64,000 nt of DNA from Deltaproteobacteria bacterium (GTDB lineage: Bacteria > Myxococcota_A > Polyangia > Polyangiales > JADJMO01). The notes under the pieces are model-generated. The model was not told where the DNA came from and made no database searches. It was given only the letters and a program-made list of their open reading frames with translations. Of the stretch, positions 35,110-43,861 are shown one piece after another (the stretch's first letter is position 1; each line of letters starts with the position of its first letter). The stretch covers positions 13,985 through 77,984 of the forward strand of contig JALHOE010000006.1 in NCBI GenBank assembly GCA_022843175.1. The letters run 5' to 3'. Both the position numbers and the translations under genes were made by a program.

Positions 35110-35827
35110 ACAGCGTCTGATAGGTCTCGGGCGTGTAGCTCTCCGAGGCGGTGCGCACGTGCCAGGGCGGCGCGATGGCGAGGCCACCGATCCGCCCGGG
35201 CTTTGCCTCGATGAGCACGACGTCGGCCTCCTCGCCCTCACGCGGATGAACGAACCGCATGCGCTTCGCGTGCAGCCCGACTTCGGCGAGCTCGCCGAGC
35301 GTCTCCACCAGGCGCGCGACCGGCATCGACAGCACAACGCGCCCGCGCGGCGCGAGGAGCCTTCGCGCCGCGACGACGAACGCGTGGAGTGTGCCGCGGG
35401 TAAACGCGCGCGCGGCTGCGCGCGACGAGCCGGTCGCGAGGGGCCCGGATTCCGGCTCGAACCAGGGAGGATTGGCCACGACGAGCTCGCTTCGAATCCC
35501 GCTGACCGACGCGACGTCGGCCTCGATGACCTCCATCGACGCGGCGTTGGCGACCGCGTTGCGCCGCGCCAGCTCGGCGTGGTCGCGATCGATCTCGATC
35601 GCGACCGCACGCTCCACCCTGCCCGCGGCGAGCAGGCACAAGGCCACCGCGCCCGGCCCCGACGCGAGATCGATCAGGGAGCGGAACGGCCGCGCGCGCC
35701 CGAGGGCCGCGAAGCGAGCCAGCATCGGCGCCTCGAGCGCCACGCGGTAACCGTGCGCCGGCTGCTCATACGTGACCAGACCGCCGAGCAACGAGTCGCG
35801 GGTCGTAGCGATCTCGAGCGCCCTCAC
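35036..35827 (-). CDS. SAM-dependent N6-adenine-type methyltransferase (TrmN6/YfiC-like)
   Basis: 263 aa. LIDLASGPGAVAL is the SAM motif I and LVVANPPWFEP is the NPPW catalytic motif. Its 3' end overlaps the kinase 3' end by 74 nt. Confidence 0.68.
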   Translation of the reverse strand: MRALEIATTRDSLLGGLVTYEQPAHGYRVALEAPMLARFAALGRARPFRSLIDLASGPGAVALCLLAAGRVERAVAIEIDRDHAELARRNAVANAASMEVIEADVASVSGIRSELVVANPPWFEPESGPLATGSSRAAARAFTRGTLHAFVVAARRLLAPRGRVVLSMPVARLVETLGELAEVGLHAKRMRFVHPREGEEADVVLIEAKPGRIGGLAIAPPWHVRTASESYTPETYQTLFTASWGTAEAGAPSSARGAGRDPA

Positions 35828-35855
35828 CGGCGCGAGCTCGGGCCCGAACTCTGGG

Positions 35856-35927
35856 AGGTGAGGACGGGATTCGAACCCGCGTATAACGGTTTTGCAAACC
35901 GTTGCCTAACCACTTGGCTACCTCACC
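35856..35927 (-). tRNA. tRNA-Cys (anticodon GCA)
   Basis: The reverse complement is GGTGAGGTAGCCAAGTGGTTAGGCAACGGTTTGCAAAACCGTTATACGCGGGTTCGAATCCCGTCCTCACCT. Folded by hand, it gives a 7-bp acceptor stem, the anticodon stem ACGGT/ACCGT with loop TTGCAAA, the T-arm GCGGG-TTCGAAT-CCCGT, and discriminator U. CCA is not encoded (the following bases are CCC). Confidence 0.93.
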
Positions 35928-35942
35928 GTTGCGACGAGTCGT

Positions 35943-36587
35943 TTAGCTGTTCGCCCTTGGCTCGTCAAACTGTCGTGCGCCCATGAACTCGGGCATCGTC
36001 GCGTGCCCCTCGCTGCTGATCCCCTCGCGCAACAGCACCGCCCGCAGGGTGCGCCACAGGATGCGGGCGTCGAGCCGGAGGCTCCAGTTGTCGACGTACC
36101 ATACGTCGAGCTCGAACTTCCGATTCCAGTCGATCGCGTTGCGGCCGTTGATCTGTGCCCAGCCGGTGATGCCGGGGAGCACCTCGTGACGGCGCGCCTG
36201 CTCGGGCGAGTAGCGCGGGAGGTATCGCACGAGCAGCGGGCGCGGACCGACGAGGCTGAGATCACCCGTCAGCACGTTGAACAGCTGCGGCAGCTCGTCG
36301 AGGCTCGACGAGCGTAGCCACGCTCCGACGAGGGTGAGCCGCTGCTCATCCGGAAGGAGCCGCCCCTCTGCGTCTGTGGCGTTGGACATCGTGCGAAACT
36401 TCACCACGCGGAACGTCTTGCCGTGGCGACCGGGGCGCTCCTGGCGGAAGAACACCGGCGCCCCCATGCTCGCGCGCACCGCGACGGCGGCGGCGGCGAT
36501 GATCGGCGCGGTCACCACGAGCCCGGCCGCCGCCGCTGCACGGTCGCACGCGACCTTGACGAAGAGCCGCCAGCCGGCTTGCTTCAT
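35943..36587 (-). CDS. Small polyprenyl-phosphate sugar-phosphate transferase (PglC/WbaP C-terminal type, 'bacterial sugar transferase')
   Basis: The ATG at 36587 (ATGA overlap with the upstream stop) gives MKQAGWRLFVKVACDR... Matches are PVFFRQERPGRHGKTFRVVKFRTM, LDELPQLFNVLTGDLSLVGPRP and GITGWAQINGRN. Confidence 0.9.
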   Translation of the reverse strand: MKQAGWRLFVKVACDRAAAAAGLVVTAPIIAAAAVAVRASMGAPVFFRQERPGRHGKTFRVVKFRTMSNATDAEGRLLPDEQRLTLVGAWLRSSSLDELPQLFNVLTGDLSLVGPRPLLVRYLPRYSPEQARRHEVLPGITGWAQINGRNAIDWNRKFELDVWYVDNWSLRLDARILWRTLRAVLLREGISSEGHATMPEFMGARQFDEPRANS

Positions 36588-37834
36588 GCGCGACCCTGCT
36601 CTCGCACCAGGCGGTCGAGCACGTCGAGGTATCGTTGGGCGAGCGCCTCGCGCGTCGCATTGGCGAGCACCCACGCGCGGCCCCGCTCGCCCAGCTCGCT
36701 CCTGAGCGCGGGCTCGTCGGCGAGGCGGCGGATCGCGTCGGCGATCGCTCGGGCGTTCTCCGGCTCCGCGAACACGCCTGCGCGCGCCTGGTCGCATACC
36801 AACTCCCGCGCGACCCCGTCGATCGCGAGTAGCGTGGGCCGCGCGCACGCCATGTAATCGAATACCTTGTTCGGGTAGACCGTGCGGAACGTTGGGTTGT
36901 TCTGCAGCACCGCGGCCCCGACGTCGGCGGCTCGCACGATCGCCGGCATGCGGTCCTTGGCCACTGCGCCATGAAAGCGAATGTTGTCGAGGCCGCGCGC
37001 TGCGGCGGCCGCCTGCAAGCCCGCGCGCTCGGGGCCGTCGCCGACGCACGCGATAAGGATGTCACTCCGGTCGCGGAGCAACGCGGCGGCTTCCACCAGC
37101 TGACCGAGAGCGTTGGCTCGACCGTGCGCGCCGGCATACATCACGACGAACCGATCGCCCCACCCGAGCTCGCGGCGGGCGTCGTTGTCCCTCGGACCGG
37201 GCGTAAACAGCTCGACGTCGGCGCCGTTGGGCACGAACACGATCTTGGCGCGATCGGCGAGGCCGCGCGCAACGATGTCCTCCTCGAAGGCAGGCGTCAG
37301 CACGTTGATCCGGTCGGCGGTGCGATAGGCCCACGCCTCGATGGCGTAGAGCCCTCTCGTCAGGAGGGATTCCTTGCGAAGGACGCCCGTGGTCACGGCG
37401 CTCTCGGGCCACAGATCGCGAACCTCGAAGACCCAGGGCTTCTTGCGCCCGGCGAGGTGCGCGGCGATCCAACCGGGAATCGCCGCGAGGAGCGGCGGAG
37501 ACGTGGCGATGACGACGTCTGCGTCGTCGAGCGCGCGGGTGGCCCACGCGGCCGACATCGTGTAGCCGGCGAAGGCCATCATTCGCCCGAGGTAGCCCTT
37601 GGCATAGACCGGTGGCACCCAGCAGCGACATACCCGCACGGAGCCGTCCTGCTCCCAAGTCGTGAGCCTGCCGCGGTAGCGCTCCGGGACGGTGCCTGTG
37701 CCGTAGTCGACGGTGCCTGCGATGACCGTGACCTCGTGTCCCGCGTCGGACCACAACCGCGCGAGCTCGTTGAACCGTGAGCCGCCGGACATTCCGGGCA
37801 TGAGGTAGTACTGGTGAACCACCGCGATCTTCAT
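36584..37834 (-). CDS. Glycosyltransferase family 4 (WcaI-like)
   Basis: The ATG at 37834 gives MKIAVVHQYYLMPGMSGGSRFNELARLW. A GT4 C-terminal E-x7-E-type region is present (PNKVFDYMACARPTL). The gene has ATGA overlaps at both ends. Confidence 0.85.
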   Translation of the reverse strand: MKIAVVHQYYLMPGMSGGSRFNELARLWSDAGHEVTVIAGTVDYGTGTVPERYRGRLTTWEQDGSVRVCRCWVPPVYAKGYLGRMMAFAGYTMSAAWATRALDDADVVIATSPPLLAAIPGWIAAHLAGRKKPWVFEVRDLWPESAVTTGVLRKESLLTRGLYAIEAWAYRTADRINVLTPAFEEDIVARGLADRAKIVFVPNGADVELFTPGPRDNDARRELGWGDRFVVMYAGAHGRANALGQLVEAAALLRDRSDILIACVGDGPERAGLQAAAAARGLDNIRFHGAVAKDRMPAIVRAADVGAAVLQNNPTFRTVYPNKVFDYMACARPTLLAIDGVARELVCDQARAGVFAEPENARAIADAIRRLADEPALRSELGERGRAWVLANATREALAQRYLDVLDRLVREQGRA

Positions 37835-39927
37835 CGGACGTCTCCGATCATGCCGTCCTCGATCGCGAACGAGAATTGACTCGGCCCCGCGACGACGAAC
37901 CTGCCGCGCTCGGTTCTGCCGAGCACATGCCCGGGGGCGCCGAGCACCGAGATGAGCGTCTGCGGGAGGTGCTCGGTGAAATGGGCAGCGATCGACGCGA
38001 CCGGCGTTCGCTCGCCGTAGTAGCGCGAGAGCCAGCCGCGCGGCGGAGTCTCGCTGCCGACCACGACGTCGAGCGGCACGGGACGAGCCGTGCCATCGAA
38101 GACCCCCACGGAGAAGGGCCCCTCGGCGGTCAGGAGCTCGACCGCGGCTCCCTCGCGTCGGTGCTCCGCGACGCCAGCGAGCCACTGCAGACCGATCCGG
38201 CGCGCGCCGGTGCCCTTGACCCGATCGACGACCACCCAACATTCGTCGCCGAAGCGGAGGACCGACCGCCGGTGCACACAGGGGCCGCCGGGAAGCCGCT
38301 CGTACCCGAAGTGCTCCCCCGCGAACAAACCGTACCGCCCGTGCGACTCGAACTGGAGCGTACGCGCGCGCGTCCAGTAGAGCGGCTTGAACCGCCGCCA
38401 GTGGAGCATCTGATCGGCGTCGTCGATGACGACGGTGTTGTGGCTCGCGGTGCGGAAGAAGTGTTGATGCCAGACCGGCGGGCCGTTGTAGAGGAAGCTC
38501 CCGCCGTCGGCGAGGACGTTCACCCCGCGGAAGAAGACGTCGACGTGGAGCATATCGATCTGAGAGAAGCGCTCGGAGAGCGAGCCGCAGCGCATCGTCG
38601 CGAAGGAGCGTTCGTCGTCTCCGCGCAGCACGTGGTAGCCGGAGCTCGCGAAGCTCGCGCTGCATCGCGGACGAGCGCGGAGCGGCAGGTCGAGCGCGCT
38701 CGCTCCCTGCCACCACACGAGCTCTTCGTCCCACGGACCGCGGTCGTAGAGGCGCTCGCCGCGCGTGAGCGCGCTGACGGTCTGCAAAATCGGTCGAAAG
38801 TCGGAGAAGTCGCAGGTAGAGAGCTGAGTCTGATGCGCGCCGTCGTTGGCGCCGAAGTTGGGGAGTCGGCCGTCGGTCGGACACTGGTGCGCGTAGAGGA
38901 AGTCCAACGACCGCTCCATCGCTGCGAGCCACACCGAGGGGACGGCGCGCCCGGCTTGCTGGAGGAGGCGCGCGCTCCACACGTAGTTGATGAGCGCGAC
39001 GCGATGGTAGTTGTGCGAGTGCTGGATGTACGCACCGTCCGGATAGATCTGACGGTCGGCCTCCTGCGTCAGCTCTTCTACCCCGAGGGCGAGCCAGCCG
39101 GCCGACTGCTTGGTGGGCACCACGAGCCCAGCGAGCAGCAGGCCGAGCGCCTCCGACAGAAGGTGGTTGTTGTAGACGGCGAAGCGCGCGTAATCGATGA
39201 TCGACTCGATGTGAACGGCGGAGCGGTGGAGCTGCACCGCGAGGGGCTCCGCGAAGCCGTCGAGCGATTCTCCGTTGCGTTCGAACACCGCGGCCGCGAA
39301 CGCCCACGCCATCATGCGGAACGCGACCTCTTGGCCCGAGTTCCAGTGAACGCCGAAACCGTAGGGGTTGTTGGAGACGAAGCTGCGCACCTGCTGCACG
39401 AACGCGTTGCCAAGGGTCGGGCGGAGCTCGGGGAAGAACGTCGCGGCACGCGCGAACCAGTAGGCCTGTGGGAACCGCGCGACCTCCCAGGTCAGCTTCA
39501 CGTCGCCGACGCGTGGCTCGTCCGCGAGGGCGACCGAGTGCGGACGCTCCGCGGCCCACCGCTGCCCGTTGGTTGGGTTGACGTGCCAGTCGATCGGATC
39601 GCCGTAGTCCGCGACCCACCGCCCGAACGCGCGGATCTTCCCGTCCGCCGCTTGCTCGGCGAGCTCGCGGAGCTGTGCGAGTCTTTCGCGACCGAGGACC
39701 TCGGCGAGGGCTTCACGCACGTCGGCCGGCCGCGCGAACGGCAGGCGGTCGGCGAGCCGCTCGAGGGAGACCGGCTCGAGGAGCTCGGTGGTCGGCACCG
39801 CGGCGCGCGGGCGCACGAAGGCGTCGCTCCGGCGCCGCAGCTCGTGGCGTACCCGAAAGAGCACGCGCCGTAACCCGAGCTCGCGGAGCTCCTGGGTGCC
39901 ATTACGGAGCGAATCGAGGATGTTCAT
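37831..39927 (-). CDS. Heparinase II/III-family protein
   Basis: 698 aa. An alpha/alpha-toroid-like N-terminal half is followed by C-terminal matches HNYHRVALINYVW and HVDVFFRGVNVLADGGSFLYNG...ASHNTVVID, typical of Hepar_II_III. Confidence 0.72.
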   Translation of the reverse strand: MNILDSLRNGTQELRELGLRRVLFRVRHELRRRSDAFVRPRAAVPTTELLEPVSLERLADRLPFARPADVREALAEVLGRERLAQLRELAEQAADGKIRAFGRWVADYGDPIDWHVNPTNGQRWAAERPHSVALADEPRVGDVKLTWEVARFPQAYWFARAATFFPELRPTLGNAFVQQVRSFVSNNPYGFGVHWNSGQEVAFRMMAWAFAAAVFERNGESLDGFAEPLAVQLHRSAVHIESIIDYARFAVYNNHLLSEALGLLLAGLVVPTKQSAGWLALGVEELTQEADRQIYPDGAYIQHSHNYHRVALINYVWSARLLQQAGRAVPSVWLAAMERSLDFLYAHQCPTDGRLPNFGANDGAHQTQLSTCDFSDFRPILQTVSALTRGERLYDRGPWDEELVWWQGASALDLPLRARPRCSASFASSGYHVLRGDDERSFATMRCGSLSERFSQIDMLHVDVFFRGVNVLADGGSFLYNGPPVWHQHFFRTASHNTVVIDDADQMLHWRRFKPLYWTRARTLQFESHGRYGLFAGEHFGYERLPGGPCVHRRSVLRFGDECWVVVDRVKGTGARRIGLQWLAGVAEHRREGAAVELLTAEGPFSVGVFDGTARPVPLDVVVGSETPPRGWLSRYYGERTPVASIAAHFTEHLPQTLISVLGAPGHVLGRTERGRFVVAGPSQFSFAIEDGMIGDVR

Positions 39928-41864
39928 CGCACCTCGACGCGCCGCTCGATCGGCGCGCTACGCGCCACGGACGCGCTCGGCGCGTCGAGGAACACGCGCG
40001 CCCACTGTTCCAGGCTCAGGAGCTTCCACACGACGTCCGCCCACTGCGGCGAACGGGGGTTGTCGAGCATCGCCTCGACGTTCGCCGCGTTGAACCATCC
40101 CCGGCTGCGCGCCGACGAGGAGAGCAGCGTGTCGCGCACATAGTCTCGGTGCATGCCCTGCATCCAAGCGGTGGTCGGTGTGTCGAAGCCCACCTTGCGG
40201 CGATTGAGCACCGTGGGCGGGATCACGTCGGCGACGGCGCTCCGGAGGATCCACTTGCTGGAGCCGCCGCGAATCTTGAGATCCGAGGGGACGCGAAACG
40301 CGTGACGGACCACGCGCGGATCGGCAAGGGGAACGCGCGACTCGAGGCTGTGCGCCATGCTCATGCGGTCGTCCTGCATGAACAGCCCGGTGAGGTACGT
40401 TCGAACATCCCAGTAGAGCACCTTGGTCACCGGGTCGTGCGATGCGCACTCGTCGATCACGTCGTCGAAGAGCGCGCGACACCGTTCGCGCGACACCAAC
40501 GAGGGATCGAGCACCGATCGCCAGGTACGCGCGCTGATCGTCGCGAACGTCTCGAAGTAGCGGGCGCGCCAGTCGAAACCGTGGCGCAGAGCGCCCATCA
40601 AGCGCCGGACATTGCGCACGTCGATCAGCTGCTTCTGCAGGTTGGACGTCCGCGGAGCCACCAGCCCCGGGAGCCGCGGCGCGCGCCGCGCGCTCAACCA
40701 TCCCTGAAACGTGCGGAACGGCTGGACGAGCGCGTAGCGCGCATAGCCGGCGAAGATCTCATCGCCGGCCTGCCCGCCGACACAAACCTTCACGGAGCGC
40801 GAGGCGAGCCGCGCGACCTCGTACATCGGGAACATCGCCGACCCGATGACTGGCTGGTCTTGGTACCAGAGGTGATTGGCGAGGTCCTCTGGGAAGGACC
40901 GCCCATCGAGGGTGATGAGGTCGAGCTTGACCCCGAGCGCGCGCGCCGCGGCCTCCTGGAAGGGCCGTTCGTCGATGACACCCTGATCGGTGAAGTGGAC
41001 GCCGAAGCACCGTGGACGGAGTCCCGCCCGCTTGGCGAATGCGGTGACCGCGCTCGAGTCGATGCCTCCGCTGAAGAACGCGCCGACGGGCACGTCGGAC
41101 ATCAGTTGGTCGCGGACGACGCTCGAGAGAAGCTCCTCGAGCCGTTCGGTCTCGGCGACCGGGTCGTGCGGCGCGTCGTCGAACCGCGTGAGGCGAAAAT
41201 ACGTCTGGCGCGAAGCACCGCGAGGGCCGAAGGAGACGTGTTCCCCGGCGCGTACCTGCTGAACGCCCTTGAAGAAGGTGCGCTCGAAGAGCGTGTTATG
41301 GAAGTGGAGGTACTGGTTGAGCCCCTCGGGGTCGAGCTCGCGCGGCACGTCCGGGTAGGCGAAGAGCGCCTTGATCTCGCTCGCGAACACGACCCGGTGG
41401 CCGTTGTCGTGGAAGTACAGCTGCTTGACGCCGAGGTGGTCGCGCGCGAGCAACAGCTTGCGCTCGCGGCGGTCCCACAGCGCGAAGCCGAAGATCGCGG
41501 CGGTGTCCTCGAGCGCGGCCGGCCCCTTCTCGGCGAGCAGGTGGAGCAACGTCTCGGTGTCGCTCGTCCCGCGAAACACGACGCCGTGAGCCTCGAGTTG
41601 CTCGCGGAAGCGCGCGTGGTCGTAGAACTCGCCGTTGTAGATGATCGTGAAGCGCCCGTCGGGCGTCGTCATCGGCTGCTTGCCCGAGGGCGTCAGGTCG
41701 ACGATGGCGAGTCGCCGGTGCGCGAGCGCGACGGTCGCATCTGTGAACAGCCCCTCGCCGTCGGGGCCGCGGTGCGCGATCGCGCGCGCCATCGCAGCCA
41801 CGCTCGCAGCGTCGGCTGCGCGCTCCGAATCGTCGTAGTGATACACGCCAGCGATGCCGCACAT
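39924..41864 (-). CDS. asnB: Asparagine synthase (glutamine-hydrolysing)-type amidotransferase
   Basis: 646 aa. It begins MCGIAGV (the Ntn Cys2 nucleophile). HRGPDGEG and the PP-loop motif FFSGGIDSS are present. Confidence 0.9.
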   Translation of the reverse strand: MCGIAGVYHYDDSERAADAASVAAMARAIAHRGPDGEGLFTDATVALAHRRLAIVDLTPSGKQPMTTPDGRFTIIYNGEFYDHARFREQLEAHGVVFRGTSDTETLLHLLAEKGPAALEDTAAIFGFALWDRRERKLLLARDHLGVKQLYFHDNGHRVVFASEIKALFAYPDVPRELDPEGLNQYLHFHNTLFERTFFKGVQQVRAGEHVSFGPRGASRQTYFRLTRFDDAPHDPVAETERLEELLSSVVRDQLMSDVPVGAFFSGGIDSSAVTAFAKRAGLRPRCFGVHFTDQGVIDERPFQEAAARALGVKLDLITLDGRSFPEDLANHLWYQDQPVIGSAMFPMYEVARLASRSVKVCVGGQAGDEIFAGYARYALVQPFRTFQGWLSARRAPRLPGLVAPRTSNLQKQLIDVRNVRRLMGALRHGFDWRARYFETFATISARTWRSVLDPSLVSRERCRALFDDVIDECASHDPVTKVLYWDVRTYLTGLFMQDDRMSMAHSLESRVPLADPRVVRHAFRVPSDLKIRGGSSKWILRSAVADVIPPTVLNRRKVGFDTPTTAWMQGMHRDYVRDTLLSSSARSRGWFNAANVEAMLDNPRSPQWADVVWKLLSLEQWARVFLDAPSASVARSAPIERRVEVR

Positions 41865-41889
41865 CGGCTTGAGAGCTTCCTACCAGACC

Positions 41890-43815
41890 TCAGGCGTTCA
41901 CTTCCGCAGCGGCATACTCGTGCGCGGCGTCGGTCTCCGCCGTTCGCGGCATCGCCGGTGGCCCGAGCGTCAGGCGTGACTCGGGGACGATCGCCGCGAG
42001 CTCGGCCCGAATGGTCCCCGGGTCGGTGACGCGGACGCTGAGCCGGTCGAGCCGGTCGACGACAGCGGCGATGTGCTCGGTGGACGAGGGGACGATGTTG
42101 GCGATCGAGATCTTCGGGTGGGCCGTTGCGGTGGCCGCCTCGGCGTCGAGCATGAGCTCCTCGTAGAGCTTCTCGCCCGGGCGCATGCCAGTGAACTCGA
42201 TTTCGACGTCGACGTCCGGGCGGAGACCCGACAGAGTGATCATATCCCGCGCGAGATCCACGATCTTGACCGGCTCGCCCATGTCGAGGATGAAGATCTC
42301 GCCGCCGGCCCCAAGGGCGGCGGCCTGGAGCACGAGCTGGCAGGCCTCGGGGATCGTCATGAAGAACCGTCGCATGTCGGGGTGGGTGACCCGCACCGGG
42401 CCGCCGCGCTCGATTTGCTCGCGAAAGATCGGGACCACGCTACCGGCGCTGCCGAGGACGTTCCCGAACCGCACCGCCACGAAGCGCGTCGCGCTCCAGC
42501 GGGACGAGAGTGATTGGATGTACATCTCGGCGATGCGCTTGGTCGTCCCCATGACCGAGGTCGGGTTGACGGCCTTGTCGGTGGAGATGAGGACGAAGGC
42601 CTCGGCGCCGAATCGGCCCGCCGCGTCGGCCACGGTGCGCGAGCCGAGCACGTTGTTGCGGACGGCTTCGGTCGGGTTCTCTTCCATCAGCGGCACGTGC
42701 TTGTGCGCCGCTGCGTGGTAGACGACGTCGGGCCGGCCCTCGGCGAAGACCTGATCGATGCGCTGCACGTCGCGGATGTCGGCGAGCCGAACGCTGAAGC
42801 GCAGGTCGGGAAAGGACTCGCGGAGCTCGCGTTCAAGGAAGAAGAGGCCGTTCTCGTTGTGGTCGAGGAGGATGACGTGCGCGGGGCGGAATCGCGCCAC
42901 CTGCCGAACGATCTCGCTTCCGATGCTGCCGGCCGCGCCCGTGACGAGCACCCGCTTGCCGGCAACGAACCGCTCGATCGAGGTCTCGTCGAGGTTGACC
43001 GGATCGCGCCGGAGGAGGTCTTCAATGTTGATGTCGCGGAGCAGCGAAACACGCGCGCGCCCGGCGGCGATGTCGTGCATGCTCGGGATGGTCTGCAGCG
43101 CGATCCCGAGCTCACGGCACATCGACACGATCTCTCGCGTGCGCGCCCCCGTGGCCGTGGGGATCGCGAGGACCGCGCGCTTGGCGCCGGTCTCCTCGGC
43201 GAGGGCCCGGAGGCGCTCGGGCTCGATCGCGCCCGCGATGCGGAGGCCGTGGAGGAGCGCGCCGCTCTTGTCGGTGGCGTCGTCGAGGATACCGGCGATG
43301 CGGAGGGAGGGCGAAGGGTTCCGCAAGAGGTCGCGTACGAACAGCTCGCCTGCGTTGCCGGCGCCAAGGAGAATCACCGGCGGCGCGTCGGCGGCCGCAT
43401 GCGACATCATCGAATGCCGATCGGTGAGCATGCGGATCGCGAACCGCAGCCCGCCCGTGAGCGCGAGGGCGAGCAGCCACTCGAGAACGTAGACCGAGCG
43501 CGGCAGGGCGACCCGGTGGACCATGAAGCCACAGGCTCCGATGATCACGCTGCCGATCGTCGTGGCGCGCACGATCGAGCGGAACTCCGGCATGCCGGCG
43601 TAGCGAAGGATCCCGTGGAAGAGGCCGGTCCACCAGAATGTAACGATGCGGATCGCGAGAAGCACCGGCAGCAGCCGCAGCGCGCGAAGCTTCCACTCGA
43701 CATCGATGGCGCCATCGAACCGCAGGTAGAGCGCGAGGGACAGCCCAGCCGTCCACAGCAGCGCATGGGCGACTGTCGTGATGAGGCGGCGGGTGAACCT
43801 ACTGAGCTGCATCAC
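41890..43815 (-). CDS. Membrane-anchored nucleotide-sugar 4,6-dehydratase (CapD/WbpM/PglF family)
   Basis: 641 aa with four N-terminal TM segments. It has two Rossmann regions (LLGAGNAGE and VLVTGAAGSIGSE) and the AAHKHVP motif. Confidence 0.88.
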   Translation of the reverse strand: MMQLSRFTRRLITTVAHALLWTAGLSLALYLRFDGAIDVEWKLRALRLLPVLLAIRIVTFWWTGLFHGILRYAGMPEFRSIVRATTIGSVIIGACGFMVHRVALPRSVYVLEWLLALALTGGLRFAIRMLTDRHSMMSHAAADAPPVILLGAGNAGELFVRDLLRNPSPSLRIAGILDDATDKSGALLHGLRIAGAIEPERLRALAEETGAKRAVLAIPTATGARTREIVSMCRELGIALQTIPSMHDIAAGRARVSLLRDINIEDLLRRDPVNLDETSIERFVAGKRVLVTGAAGSIGSEIVRQVARFRPAHVILLDHNENGLFFLERELRESFPDLRFSVRLADIRDVQRIDQVFAEGRPDVVYHAAAHKHVPLMEENPTEAVRNNVLGSRTVADAAGRFGAEAFVLISTDKAVNPTSVMGTTKRIAEMYIQSLSSRWSATRFVAVRFGNVLGSAGSVVPIFREQIERGGPVRVTHPDMRRFFMTIPEACQLVLQAAALGAGGEIFILDMGEPVKIVDLARDMITLSGLRPDVDVEIEFTGMRPGEKLYEELMLDAEAATATAHPKISIANIVPSSTEHIAAVVDRLDRLSVRVTDPGTIRAELAAIVPESRLTLGPPAMPRTAETDAAHEYAAAEVNA

Positions 43816-43861
43816 GTGGACCGGCAGACGCTACTTCTCGGGGTCGGGTACCGCAACGTCG

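Noticed and set aside
32508-35610. The 870-aa + ORF (32508..35120) and the 960-aa - ORF (32728..35610) overlapping the kinase gene.
   Set aside because: Both are Arg/Pro/Gly-rich off-frame products. The 32746 frame contains the complete Hanks kinase motif set.
39924-41864. A lasso-peptide or RiPP cluster, suggested by an asparagine-synthase homolog plus a PF14907-like nucleotidyltransferase at 31790-32632.
   Set aside because: The AsnB homolog keeps the Cys2 glutaminase nucleophile and sits inside an overlapping sugar operon. The nucleotidyltransferase is about 8 kb away, beyond a kinase and a tRNA. No precursor peptide, B-protease or PqqD-like gene is visible.
39675-42029. A 784-aa + ORF antisense to asnB, and the 1011-aa track ORF 36584..39619 that fuses the GT4 gene to an upstream frame.
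   Set aside because: The antisense ORF has no motifs. For the fused ORF, only the C-terminal 416 aa, starting at MKIAVVHQYY, look like a real GT4. The upstream part overlaps the heparinase-like gene in another frame.
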